The notes under the pieces: generated by a model
Told to the model about the DNA's origin: nothing
The model's input: only the letters and a program-made list of their open reading frames with translations
Database searches by the model: none
Part shown: positions 30,332 through 40,089 of the stretch, in pieces
Layout of the letters: each line of letters opens with the position of its first letter
How positions within the stretch are numbered: the first letter of the stretch is position 1
Source of the DNA: Candidatus Latescibacterota bacterium
GTDB taxonomy: Bacteria > Latescibacterota > UBA2968 > GCA-2709665
Assembly: GCA_965237675.1 (NCBI GenBank)
Contig: OZ250150.1
Span: 1,280,001-1,344,000, forward strand
Direction of reading: 5' to 3'
DNA: 64,000 nucleotides
Program-made: the position numbers and the translations under genes

Positions 30332-33300
30332 ATGTCGATCAAACGGGTTTACGACAGAATGGTGAAGTCCGAGCCGTTTGCGGAACTGGCGCGGCTGATC
30401 GAAGCCCGTACGCCGGCGATTCCGGTGCGCGGGCTGCCGGGTTCGCTTACTGCGTTCGGCATTGCATGGGTGGAGGAGACGGCGCCCGGTCCTGTACTGG
30501 TGGTTTGCGCTTCGGAGAATCGCGCGGAGGAAGTGCGCGACGATCTGGAGCGGCTGCTGGGTTCGAGCCGGGTCGGGATTTTTCCAGCCCGGGGCGGATC
30601 GCCTTATGACCGTCGGTCGCCGCATCTGGACGTCATGGGGCTTCGGTTGGAGGCACTGGATCAGTTACAGGGGGCAGGTTGCGGAATTGTGGTTACGCCG
30701 GTGGAAGCCCTGATGAGCCATACCCTGCCACCGGACCTGCACGATCTGGCGGTGCAGGAGATACGGGTAGGGGAGGAGGTTGCGCCCGATACGCTGGCAG
30801 AACATCTCGTGGATATCGGCTATGAGCGCGTGACACTGGTGGGCGGGGTGGGTCAGTTCAGCGTACGCGGGGGGATATTGGACGTCTGCTCGTTTGGCAG
30901 TACGCATCCGATCCGAATCGAGTTTTTTGGCGATGAGGTGGAATCCATTCGAGCGTTTGATCTGGGTACACAGCGGTCGGTGGCCGGGCAAGATTCGGTA
31001 AGGGTACTGCCGTGCCGTGAGGCAGTCCTGATAGAGACGCTGTCGGACGTGTATGCGGCGCACGTGACCGAAGCGGAACGACGGCTTGGGATGGGTCTGG
31101 AGGGGCTGCGTGAAATGATGGAGAGCCAGGGCGCATTTGACGGGTTGGAGCAGTATCTGGGCGTTCTGTACAGGGAGAAAACCTGCCTGCTGGACCACGT
31201 TTCGGATGGTTATGTCGTGGTGGACGACCCCGGCGCGGTAGAAGCGGCATCGGCTGACGTGTGGGCGCGGGTGGAGGTGGCTGACCGTCGACAGAAGAAG
31301 AGGCGTGGAGAACCGGAACCCCTTCCGGCGGAGGCCGTGGCCCGGCGTCCGGAGGCGATTCTGGACCGGCTGGACGGCATGCGACGGGTGTTGAACTGGC
31401 CGCTGGGCGGAAGGACGGAAGAGGGCGTCCACTTTTCGGGCATCGGGGGCCGGCGATACGAGGGTCACCTGGAAACCCTGAAGGAGGATTTGAGAAGACA
31501 CTGGCAAGCGGACTACGATGTGGTGCTGCTGTGCGAAAGCCAGGGCCAGAAAGCGCGGTTTGAAGAACTGCTGGAAGAAGAGGAAAACCTGATAACAATA
31601 TTCGTAGGCACCCTGCACAGCGGCTTCACTTTTACGTCTTCGAAGGCGCGGATGGTGGTGCTGAACGACCACGAGATTTACACCCGTGCGCGCCGCCGCC
31701 GCCGTTACAGGCGGTTCAAGGACGCCACGCCCATCCGCAACATTTCGAGCCTGCAAGCTGGCGATTTCGTAGTACACGTGGACCACGGCATTGGGCGCTA
31801 CGAAGGGATCGAGCATCTCACGGTGGACGGAGTCCGGCAGGACTGTTTGGCCATGTTCTATAGGGGTGGCGACCGGGTGTTCGTACCGGTGGACCAGATG
31901 GACCGTGTGCAGAAGTATGCGGGACAGGACAGTATCGCCCCTGCGTTGAGCAAACTGGGTACGGCAACCTGGGAACGGATAAAGGAAAAGGCCAAAAAGG
32001 AGGTCTTCAAGATGGCGGCGGAGTTGCTTTCTCTCTACGCGGAGCGTAAGGCGACTCCCGGCACGGAATTTTCGGATGACACAGCGCTCCAGGGAGCCCT
32101 TGAAGCCTCGTTTCCATTCCAGGAAACGAGGGATCAGCTTCACACGATTCAGGATGTCAAAAAGGACATGGAACATTCGGCGCCGATGGATCGACTGGTG
32201 TGCGGCGACGTGGGATATGGTAAGACCGAAGTGGCGGTACGTGCTGCGTTCAAGGCCGTGGCCGATGGAAAGCAGGTTGCGGTTCTGGCGCCAACGACCA
32301 TTCTCGCGCAGCAACACTTCCGGACGTTCAGGGAGCGAATGGACGGCCTACCCGTTACCGTCGAAGTGTTGAGCCGCTTCCGCACGCCGAAAGAGCAACG
32401 GATGGCGCTCAACGGCCTCGCGGCCGGACGGGTGGATGTTGTGGTCGGTACGCACCGCCTTCTGTCGCAGGACGTTCAGTTTCGGGATCTCGGGTTGCTC
32501 GTGATCGATGAAGAGCACCGGTTCGGCGTACGACATAAGGAGCGACTCAAGCAGATACGGCGGCAGGTGGATGTGCTGACGCTGACCGCCACGCCGATTC
32601 CCAGGACGCTTCACATGTCCTTGATGGGAGCCCGGGATATGTCAATCATCCGCACGCCCCCCAAGGACCGGCTGCCGATTACGACCGAAATCCTGCCGTT
32701 TGACGAAGAGAGGGTTGCGGAGGCCATTCTGCGGGAGATTGATCGAGGGGGGCAGGTGTATTTTGTCCACAACAGGGTGCGGTCGATGCCAGCCATCGTG
32801 AATTTTCTCGAGCAGCTTGTCCCACAGGTGCGGTTTGGGGTGGCCCATGGACAGATGCCGGAAAGACAACTCGAAAAGGTGATGATGGATTTTCTTGACA
32901 GCAGGTACGACTGCCTGGTTTCCACGATGATTATCGAGTCGGGGTTGGATATTCCGAGTGTGAATACGCTAATTGTAAACCGGGCGGACCGGATGGGGCT
33001 CGCGCAACTCTACCAGCTCCGCGGCCGCGTGGGCCGATCCACGCAGCAGGCGTATGCGTATCTGCTGATTCCTTCGTGGAAATCACTGAAGAAGCCGGCG
33101 GTCCGCCGCCTGCGCGCGATAGAAGAATTCGCGGATCTGGGTTCCGGGTTCAATATCTCGATGCGAGACATGGAGATCCGCGGGACAGGCAATCTTCTGG
33201 GCGCGCAGCAACATGGGCATATTACGGCGGTTGGTTTCGAGCTCTATTGCCGGTTGCTGGATGAGGCGATCGCTCAGAACCTTGGGAATGAGGCCGAACC

Positions 33301-33742
33301 TGCGGCCGAGCCGGAGGTTCAGGTGGCCGTATCCGCGTATATTCCGGAGGTGTATATATCAGACGAAGATCTGAAGATGCAATTTTACCAGCGGCTCAGC
33401 GAGTGCCGGCAGACGGTGGAGGTCCTGGCATTGGAAGAGGAATTGGAGGATCGGTTCGGTCCGTTACCGGGGCCCACGACGGCCCTTCTGGATACAATCA
33501 TGGTGCGGATACTGGCACGGCAGCTTCGGGCGGATACGGTAAGGACAGGTCGAACTCTGGCGGTCAAATTTCCGAAGGATAGGATGTTGACACGGAAGCA
33601 GGTGGAGGACTGGGTGGCGGCTGCGCCCGTACCGCTGCAATTTTCCCTGGGCGACCAGGTGCGCATTGAAGCGGAGTTGGAGGGCAACGGCCCTGGCGAA
33701 CGCCTTGCAAATGCCAAAAAGGTGTTGCAGAGCCTCGTTTGA
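30332..33742 (+). CDS. mfd: Transcription-repair coupling factor
   Basis: [59 protein letters not shown]. Confidence 0.98.
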   Translation: MSIKRVYDRMVKSEPFAELARLIEARTPAIPVRGLPGSLTAFGIAWVEETAPGPVLVVCASENRAEEVRDDLERLLGSSRVGIFPARGGSPYDRRSPHLDVMGLRLEALDQLQGAGCGIVVTPVEALMSHTLPPDLHDLAVQEIRVGEEVAPDTLAEHLVDIGYERVTLVGGVGQFSVRGGILDVCSFGSTHPIRIEFFGDEVESIRAFDLGTQRSVAGQDSVRVLPCREAVLIETLSDVYAAHVTEAERRLGMGLEGLREMMESQGAFDGLEQYLGVLYREKTCLLDHVSDGYVVVDDPGAVEAASADVWARVEVADRRQKKRRGEPEPLPAEAVARRPEAILDRLDGMRRVLNWPLGGRTEEGVHFSGIGGRRYEGHLETLKEDLRRHWQADYDVVLLCESQGQKARFEELLEEEENLITIFVGTLHSGFTFTSSKARMVVLNDHEIYTRARRRRRYRRFKDATPIRNISSLQAGDFVVHVDHGIGRYEGIEHLTVDGVRQDCLAMFYRGGDRVFVPVDQMDRVQKYAGQDSIAPALSKLGTATWERIKEKAKKEVFKMAAELLSLYAERKATPGTEFSDDTALQGALEASFPFQETRDQLHTIQDVKKDMEHSAPMDRLVCGDVGYGKTEVAVRAAFKAVADGKQVAVLAPTTILAQQHFRTFRERMDGLPVTVEVLSRFRTPKEQRMALNGLAAGRVDVVVGTHRLLSQDVQFRDLGLLVIDEEHRFGVRHKERLKQIRRQVDVLTLTATPIPRTLHMSLMGARDMSIIRTPPKDRLPITTEILPFDEERVAEAILREIDRGGQVYFVHNRVRSMPAIVNFLEQLVPQVRFGVAHGQMPERQLEKVMMDFLDSRYDCLVSTMIIESGLDIPSVNTLIVNRADRMGLAQLYQLRGRVGRSTQQAYAYLLIPSWKSLKKPAVRRLRAIEEFADLGSGFNISMRDMEIRGTGNLLGAQQHGHITAVGFELYCRLLDEAIAQNLGNEAEPAAEPEVQVAVSAYIPEVYISDEDLKMQFYQRLSECRQTVEVLALEEELEDRFGPLPGPTTALLDTIMVRILARQLRADTVRTGRTLAVKFPKDRMLTRKQVEDWVAAAPVPLQFSLGDQVRIEAELEGNGPGERLANAKKVLQSLV

Positions 33743-33799
33743 GCGCATATATTCTCGTGTGAACGCGGAACCATACGATGCTCGGGCAGTCAGCTATAA

Positions 33800-33961
33800 G
33801 AAGCTGTCTTAAAACCCCCAGCGGTCTTCGCGCGGCTGCAAAAGCGTCGGTCGGCGTTGGTCAAACCCACCCGTATCTTTTGATAGGAGCGGGTTCTCCC
33901 GCCTTGACCGACACATTTTCGCTCGCGCTCGGGAACTCGCCAGGAATTTTAAAACAGCTTC
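33800..33961. mobile_element. 162-bp MITE with 15-bp terminal inverted repeats and a TAA target duplication
   Basis: TAA|GAAGCTGTCTTAAAA...TTTTAAAACAGCTTC|TAA (14/15 TIR match); partial second copy at 42687-42732. Confidence 0.8.
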
Positions 33962-34036
33962 TAAGGGCGACGGGTTGAAAATATGCGATCGCCGTGAGGC
34001 CGTGGAGACGTTTCGGACATTCGGAGACAATACATT

Positions 34037-35338
34037 ATGGTTACAAACCTTGCAAAAGGTGTGTGTGGCACCTTGGTCGCGGCTCTGGTGTTGATTTGCA
34101 CGGCGGGCGCCGCGGCGAAACCACAACTCCTCGATCAGATTGTGGCGGTGGTGGACGATCAGATCGTGTTGCGTTCTGACGTGATGTCGAACATGGCGCT
34201 GGTTGCAATGCAGCAGGGGCTGAGCCAGGAGGAACTCACGCCGGATAGGGTCAGTGAGATGTTCGAGCTTATTCTGGGAAACATGATCCAGGAAAAACTC
34301 CTGCTGGCCAAGGCGGAAGAGGACAGCATTGAGGTGGACGGGGAGGTAATCGAACGCGCGGTCCGGTCCCGCGTCCGGGAACTCAAGGCGGAGCATGGCG
34401 AAGAAGTGTTTGCCAGCCAGCTTGCCGAAGGCGGCGTATCGGAACGGGATCTTCGCGAACAGTTTCGGCAGGAGTTTCGGAAGGATTTTTTGCGGCAGCG
34501 GATGTACACACACCTGAACCAACAGGTCGAAGTGTCGTTCAAGGACGTTCAGGATTATCTGACGCGGTATCAGGACCGGCTTCCGCCGTTGGTGAGTATC
34601 AGTCATATTCTGGTGGCAATCGAAGCATCCGACGATCGCGATGCGGAGGTCAGGGCGCAGGCAGACGCGATCATTGACCGCTTGCGAAAAGGCGAAGATT
34701 TCCCAGGATTGGCACAGCAGTATTCGAGCGACATGGGAAGCAGGGAAGATGGCGGCGACCTGGGTTTTTTTCCGCGCGGAACCATGGTTCCGGCGTTTGA
34801 GGAGGCGGCTTTCGCGCTACGGCCCGGGGAGATCAGTACGCCGGTCAAGACGAAGTTCGGTTACCACATCATCAAGGTGGAAGCGGTGGCCGGCGACCAG
34901 GTACGGGCACGGCACATTCTTATTCCGTTGCAGTCCTCGGCACGGGATGTGAAGACGGCCTACGACAGGGCGTTGGAATTGGCAAAAAAGGCACAGGCGG
35001 GAGAGGATTTCGCGGAATTGGCTCGAAAACATTCCACGCATGAGGAGACGGCCCAAAAGGGCGGGCGGCTTCCCGGGCTGAACACGCCAGAAAACTTACC
35101 AGCCGAATTCTCGGATGTCCTGAAAACCATGCGCATGGGCGAAGTGAGCGCGCCGATTCAGACGGAGTACGGATGGCATGTCGTAAAGGTGAATGACGAC
35201 CAGGGCGTCGTTAAGGAAATCATACAACAGGAGCGCCTGCAAGAGCGGTTTGAAGCGGTGCTCGCGGAAACACGGGCTCGTCTTTACGTGGAGGTTCGGC
35301 CGTACGATTTGGGGTACGGTAGCCCGTCACAAAAATGA
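34037..35338 (+). CDS. surA: SurA-type peptidyl-prolyl isomerase
   Basis: Signal peptide, D.IVAVV....VL.SD, and two parvulin domains (SHIL...GGDLG...K.GYHIIK; RHIL...GWHVVK). Confidence 0.88.
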   Translation: MVTNLAKGVCGTLVAALVLICTAGAAAKPQLLDQIVAVVDDQIVLRSDVMSNMALVAMQQGLSQEELTPDRVSEMFELILGNMIQEKLLLAKAEEDSIEVDGEVIERAVRSRVRELKAEHGEEVFASQLAEGGVSERDLREQFRQEFRKDFLRQRMYTHLNQQVEVSFKDVQDYLTRYQDRLPPLVSISHILVAIEASDDRDAEVRAQADAIIDRLRKGEDFPGLAQQYSSDMGSREDGGDLGFFPRGTMVPAFEEAAFALRPGEISTPVKTKFGYHIIKVEAVAGDQVRARHILIPLQSSARDVKTAYDRALELAKKAQAGEDFAELARKHSTHEETAQKGGRLPGLNTPENLPAEFSDVLKTMRMGEVSAPIQTEYGWHVVKVNDDQGVVKEIIQQERLQERFEAVLAETRARLYVEVRPYDLGYGSPSQK

Positions 35339-35446
35339 CGGCCCCTGCAGCCGCGGTGCCATCCTTGACGGTCCGTGTCCTGCGCCGCCGGATCGGGTAC
35401 CGGGAAGTTCCTGAATTCGGCATCGACAACGAGCGTTTAATTCGAT

Positions 35447-35719
35447 ATGCGGCTGGATATATTCTTAAAGCGATGTTGTTTGGTGCGGCGACGGATCGAG
35501 GCAAAGCGCGCCTGCGAGAACGGGATCGTGATGCTTGACGGGCGGCGGGCGAAAGCGGGGCAGGCCGTTGGGCCCGGTAAACGGGTCAGCATCTCCTTTC
35601 TGGATCGGTACCTGGAACTGGAAGTTCTCAAGCTGCCCAACGGGAATGTCTCCAGGGCGGACGCCAGATCATATTACGAAGTGCTTCGGGACGAGGCGCG
35701 TGAGGTCACCGACTTCTAG
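35447..35719 (+). CDS. S4-domain RNA-binding protein (RqcP/Hsp15-like)
   Basis: MRLD.FL....LV.RR..AK..CE.G.V..DG..AK. Confidence 0.88.
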   Translation: MRLDIFLKRCCLVRRRIEAKRACENGIVMLDGRRAKAGQAVGPGKRVSISFLDRYLELEVLKLPNGNVSRADARSYYEVLRDEAREVTDF

Positions 35720-35752
35720 ACGGCATCCGAAGCCAGGACGTCAGGCCGGCGA

Positions 35753-35783
35753 GTCCAGCCCGAGATGGGCTGGGCATTTTTTT
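35753..35783 (+). terminator. Intrinsic terminator
   Basis: GTCCAGCCC-GAGAT-GGGCTGGGC followed by ATTTTTTT. Confidence 0.7.
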
Positions 35784-35856
35784 GGAGCATAACCGGTGTC
35801 GGACAAAAGCGGGCTTGTCGTTTGCCCTTTCCCTGTGACCTGTTTATATTGAATTT

Positions 35857-36672
35857 ATGTTCGGAAGAAAAAAAGACAAATGCAAGGCGCAACCCTACAC
35901 CCGGCTTGCGGCGATATATGATTTTGTGATGCGGCATGTGGATTATGTGCATTGGGCGGATTACGTGGAGTCCGTGTTCGCTCGACATAACGTGACGCCG
36001 ACGCGGGTGCTCGATCTCGCATGCGGTACGGGCAGTATGGCATTGGAATTGCGGAAGCGGTCATATTGCGCTTCCGGGGCGGACGGTTGCCGGGAAATGC
36101 TGGACGTGGCGGAAGAGAAAGCACGAAAGGCGGGGTGCAATGTGGATTTTTTCCATAGAAACCTGCTGGACCTGTCAGACCTGCCGCGGTTCGAAGCGGC
36201 GCTTTGCCTGTACGATAGCATAAATTATCTGATGACGATTGAGGATGTCGCCCGGGCATTGAAGGAGGTCCACGCGATTCTGTTGCCGCACGGCGTCTTC
36301 GTATTCGACGTTTGTACCGAGACGAACTCGCTGCGGTATTTTCGAAGGCTGACGGATAAAGACAGCGGCGATGGGTTTACCTACGTCCGCGAGAGCTTCT
36401 ACAGGAACGGGATCCAATTCAATCGATTTAACATCCGGTTCAAGCAGACGAATGAGGCCGTGGAAGAGGTGCATTGCCAGCGTATATATGCCCTGACGGA
36501 TATATTAACCGCGCTGGAGCGGTCTCCGTTTTCGCTGGAAGGAGCCTACGACGGATTCGGCTTTTGCGAGCCCGGCGAGGGGGCGGATCGAGTGCATTTC
36601 GTGCTGAGGAAGGTCGGCTCGGATGGCGCAATTGGGCCCGGGAAACGTGGCGCAGGGCCCGCGGCCGGATGA
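35857..36672 (+). CDS. Class I SAM-dependent methyltransferase
   Basis: VLDLACGTG, CLYDSINYL, G.FVFD. Confidence 0.9.
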   Translation: MFGRKKDKCKAQPYTRLAAIYDFVMRHVDYVHWADYVESVFARHNVTPTRVLDLACGTGSMALELRKRSYCASGADGCREMLDVAEEKARKAGCNVDFFHRNLLDLSDLPRFEAALCLYDSINYLMTIEDVARALKEVHAILLPHGVFVFDVCTETNSLRYFRRLTDKDSGDGFTYVRESFYRNGIQFNRFNIRFKQTNEAVEEVHCQRIYALTDILTALERSPFSLEGAYDGFGFCEPGEGADRVHFVLRKVGSDGAIGPGKRGAGPAAG

Positions 36673-36684
36673 GAATGCGATAGA

Positions 36685-37302
36685 ATGCCGCCGCGTTCGG
36701 TTGTCAAGCGGCGCACGCTCGCACTGCTGGCGGACGTTGAGCTGATGCATAAACGCTCGGTTCGCCCCGGTGCACTGTCCGGTGGCGAGCAACAGCAATT
36801 GGCGATCGCCCGTGCCCTGGCAAATGAACCGTTTGTACTGCTGGCGGACGAGCCCACTGCAAACCTGGATCCGGAGACGACGGATCTGGTAATGCAAACA
36901 TTGGCCGAGGTTCAGGCGCGAGGAACAACGGTCCTGATGGCGACGCACAACGAGGCCCTGGTGTCGCGGCACCGGCGAAGGGTGCTGCTGCTGGAGGACG
37001 GGCGGATTTCGGGCGCCCTGAGGTTGCAGGCCGTGCGGCACGAACGTCAGAAGGCCCTGTTGAATGTCAAACGGAAAACCGAGGATCGGCTGGCAATCCG
37101 CGTTAGGCGGCGGGAGTCTGAACTGAAACGGCTTCGGGTCGATGCGGACGCTGGCGCGGAGGCGGTTCGAAAGACGAAGGCGGCCGTACTCGGAACGGTG
37201 GGCAGCACCGGTCGGATAGACGGTATTCCGCAACTCCATTTTGAGATTATGCGGGGCAAGGAGCCGATCAATCCGGTGCGGTGGCTTGCGAAGAGTCAAT
37301 AA
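36685..37302 (+). pseudogene. Chimera of the FtsE C-terminal half and EnvC/M23 fragments
   Basis: LSGGEQQ.LAIARAL.NEP..LLADEPT.NLD...GTTVLMATHN with no Walker A, then a short coiled coil, then GTVGSTG....QLHFEI.....INP..WL. Confidence 0.75.
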
Positions 37303-37336
37303 TTGTGATTCGTTGAGACCGTCCTGAAACTGTGCT

Positions 37337-38296
37337 ATGGATTATACCGAGGCCAGATCCTTCTTCGAGCCGGAAGAACCGTATCTGCTTTCAACCCACG
37401 TGCATGCGGACGGCGATGGGATTGGCAGCCTTCTGGCGTTGAGGGAAATGCTGGTCCAGAAGGATCGGGTGTGTCGGCTTGTGGTTAGCGACGAGACCTT
37501 GAATCCGAAATTTGCTTTTCTCCCGGGATTTGAGCATATTGAGTTATACAGGTCTCTTGCGGATCGACCGGCTATTAACCGTGCGGTATTTGTGGACACG
37601 CCCACACTCGACCCTCGGCGAGTGGGCGACGTGGGTCGCCTGCTCGGTGAGGACGCTCGCACGATGATTATCGATCATCACGCGAGCCGGGGATCGGAGG
37701 GCGACGTCCGGATCATCGACCGTACGGCCAGTGCGGCCAGTGAACTGGTTTACGGGTTGCTTCTGGCGGAGGGAACGGCGATCGATCCGGCGATTGCCAC
37801 CCAGATTTATGCGGGAATCGCTTTCGATACCAAGCTCTTCAGGTTCTCCCATCCGGAAAGGGCGCTAAAGGTCTGCAGCGAACTTGTGGAATTCGGCGCG
37901 GATCCGGAGGCGATCGCCGATGCATTGTTCGCCCGGGAGAGCTATGAAACGATGATTACGCTCGCGGCCGCGTTGGGCTCCCTGGAGCTTCATTTCGACG
38001 GGCGCGTGAACACCCTCGTCGTGGACCACGGGACTTACAGGAAGGGCGGCGATCTGGATCCGGTGGTTGACCATGCCATGGCAATTGACGGGATCCAGGC
38101 GGCGTTGTTTTTTAAAGAGGAGGCGCCCGGACGGTTTCGCGTGAGCCTGCGTTCCCGGGGAATGGTGGATGTGAACCGCATCGCGCTGTCGTTTGGCGGC
38201 GGCGGGCACCGTCGGGCGTCGGGGTGCAAGATTGAAAAGCCGATTGAAGAGGCAAAACGATTGTTGTTGGCCGAGGTAAAGAAGCAGTTGAAATGA
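37337..38296 (+). CDS. nrnA: DHH/DHHA1 phosphoesterase (NrnA-like)
   Basis: H..ADGD.IGS, IDHH, GI..DT..F, VSLRS, GGGGH..ASG. Confidence 0.9.
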   Translation: MDYTEARSFFEPEEPYLLSTHVHADGDGIGSLLALREMLVQKDRVCRLVVSDETLNPKFAFLPGFEHIELYRSLADRPAINRAVFVDTPTLDPRRVGDVGRLLGEDARTMIIDHHASRGSEGDVRIIDRTASAASELVYGLLLAEGTAIDPAIATQIYAGIAFDTKLFRFSHPERALKVCSELVEFGADPEAIADALFARESYETMITLAAALGSLELHFDGRVNTLVVDHGTYRKGGDLDPVVDHAMAIDGIQAALFFKEEAPGRFRVSLRSRGMVDVNRIALSFGGGGHRRASGCKIEKPIEEAKRLLLAEVKKQLK

Positions 38297-38349
38297 ATGG
38301 CGACCGCCAATCGACGAGGCGCCCGGAGGAGGAGGAAGGTCATTCGCCG

Positions 38350-39258
38350 ATGGATTTGATTACGCTCAAGGCATGGTCGACGGAGGATGTCCTGGATACA
38401 GTGGAAGCGGGTCTGTTGATGAAGGCAGACCCGAAACGGTTTTCGGGATCGTTGCGGGGCCGAACGCTGTCGATGTTGTTTCAGAAACCGTCTACGCGGA
38501 CCCGATGTTCGTTTGAAACGGGGATGTACCAGTTGGGCGGGCATGCGGTAAACCTGGATTGGCGCGCCACCAATTTCCAGTTGGCGGATCTCCAGGACGA
38601 AGCGCAGGTGCTTTCCCGTTATTCAAACGCAATTATGGCCCGGATGTTGAAGCATACCGACCTTTTGCAACTTGTCGCCGGGGCCGAGGTTCCGGTCATC
38701 AATGGGTGTTGCGATCGGTACCATCCATGCCAGGCACTTGGTGATTTGATGACGATCCGGGAGATCCGGGGGAAACTGGACGGCGCCCATCTGGTTTACG
38801 TGGGCATCCGGAACAACGTGTGCAATTCGCTGATTGCAGGTTGTACCAAAGCCGGGGTGCGAATCACGTCGGTGACGCCGGAGGTGAACAAACCTTCCGA
38901 TGATGAAGAACTCACCGAACAGGCACGAAAGACGGGTCTTTTTGAGGAGACCCTGGATCTGCAGGTGGCGGTGACCGAGGCGGATTTTCTTTATACGGAT
39001 ACCTGGATCGACATGGAATATTTCGAAGATCCTGGGTATGAAGCAGAGAAGAAGCGACGCGTTGAGGCATTTTCTCCGTATCAGATAAATGCGGACTTGC
39101 TGGACAAGACCGGAGCGCTCGTCATGCATTGCCTGCCCGCACACAAAGGGTACGAGTTGACGGCGGAGGTGATGGCGAGCCCAAGATGCGTGGCGGTGGA
39201 TCAGGCGGAAAACAGGATGCACGTCCAAAAGGCGATTCTGACGCGGTTGCTCGGATAG
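38350..39258 (+). CDS. argF: Ornithine carbamoyltransferase family
   Basis: F.KPSTRTR.SFE, VPVING, HPCQAL.D, MHCLP, QAENR. Confidence 0.85.
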   Translation: MDLITLKAWSTEDVLDTVEAGLLMKADPKRFSGSLRGRTLSMLFQKPSTRTRCSFETGMYQLGGHAVNLDWRATNFQLADLQDEAQVLSRYSNAIMARMLKHTDLLQLVAGAEVPVINGCCDRYHPCQALGDLMTIREIRGKLDGAHLVYVGIRNNVCNSLIAGCTKAGVRITSVTPEVNKPSDDEELTEQARKTGLFEETLDLQVAVTEADFLYTDTWIDMEYFEDPGYEAEKKRRVEAFSPYQINADLLDKTGALVMHCLPAHKGYELTAEVMASPRCVAVDQAENRMHVQKAILTRLLG

Positions 39259-39296
39259 CGGCGCCACCCACACGCGGCAGGGGAGTATGGATCGGC

Positions 39297-39932
39297 GTGG
39301 CCGGACTGTTTATTACGTTTGAAGGCATCGACAGGAGCGGGAAAACCACGCAGGCCGAACGGTTGGTAGAGCGTCTTGGCGCGGAGGGCCTGGCCGTAGT
39401 GTTCACCCTGGAGCCGGGCGGCACCGGGCTGGGCCGGAAGGTTCGCAGTCTGGTGCTGGCGCGTCGATCGGAGGTGGATCCCGCCGCCGAGATGCTGTTG
39501 TTCGCGGCCGATCGGGCTCAGCATGTCAACACGGTCATCCGGCCTGCGCTGTTGGAGGGGAAAGTGGTGGTTTCAGATCGCTATGTCGATTCGACGGTCG
39601 TCTATCAGGGTTATGGGCGTGGGTTGGATCTGGATCGGATCCGGGCGGTTCAGGAGGTGGCCACCGGGGGGCTCAGGCCGGACTTGACCGTTTGGATCGA
39701 CATGGATCTCGAAACGGCTAAACAGCGGTGGATACCTGGAGATGCGGACCGGCTCGAGGTGGCTGGCGATGCGTTTTTCGATCGGGTAAGGGGAGGGTAT
39801 CGAAAGATGTGGCTGGCGGAACCTGAGCGTGTTTTTCGGGTTGACGGCCGGCTCCCGGTCGAGGATCTGGCGTGCCGCATCTACACCGAGACCCATCGAC
39901 GGCTGGCAGGCGCGGCCCGGTCGAACGCGTGA
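39297..39932 (+). CDS. tmk: Thymidylate kinase
   Basis: FITFEGID.SGKTTQ, EPGGT, LLFAADRAQH, SDRY.DS...YQG. Confidence 0.96.
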   Translation: MAGLFITFEGIDRSGKTTQAERLVERLGAEGLAVVFTLEPGGTGLGRKVRSLVLARRSEVDPAAEMLLFAADRAQHVNTVIRPALLEGKVVVSDRYVDSTVVYQGYGRGLDLDRIRAVQEVATGGLRPDLTVWIDMDLETAKQRWIPGDADRLEVAGDAFFDRVRGGYRKMWLAEPERVFRVDGRLPVEDLACRIYTETHRRLAGAARSNA

Positions 39933-40089
39933 TATTCAGGAGATGTGGCCGCATGGGTGGATACCCCGGCGCCTGCCTGTGCGTGCTGCCTCACGCACGC
40001 AGACAGGGAAGAATGGTGACATATTTCTGGGACAGGACACTGGCCGCAGCGCTGCGGAATAGCGGGACCAGACAATGCGGAGGCGGAAT

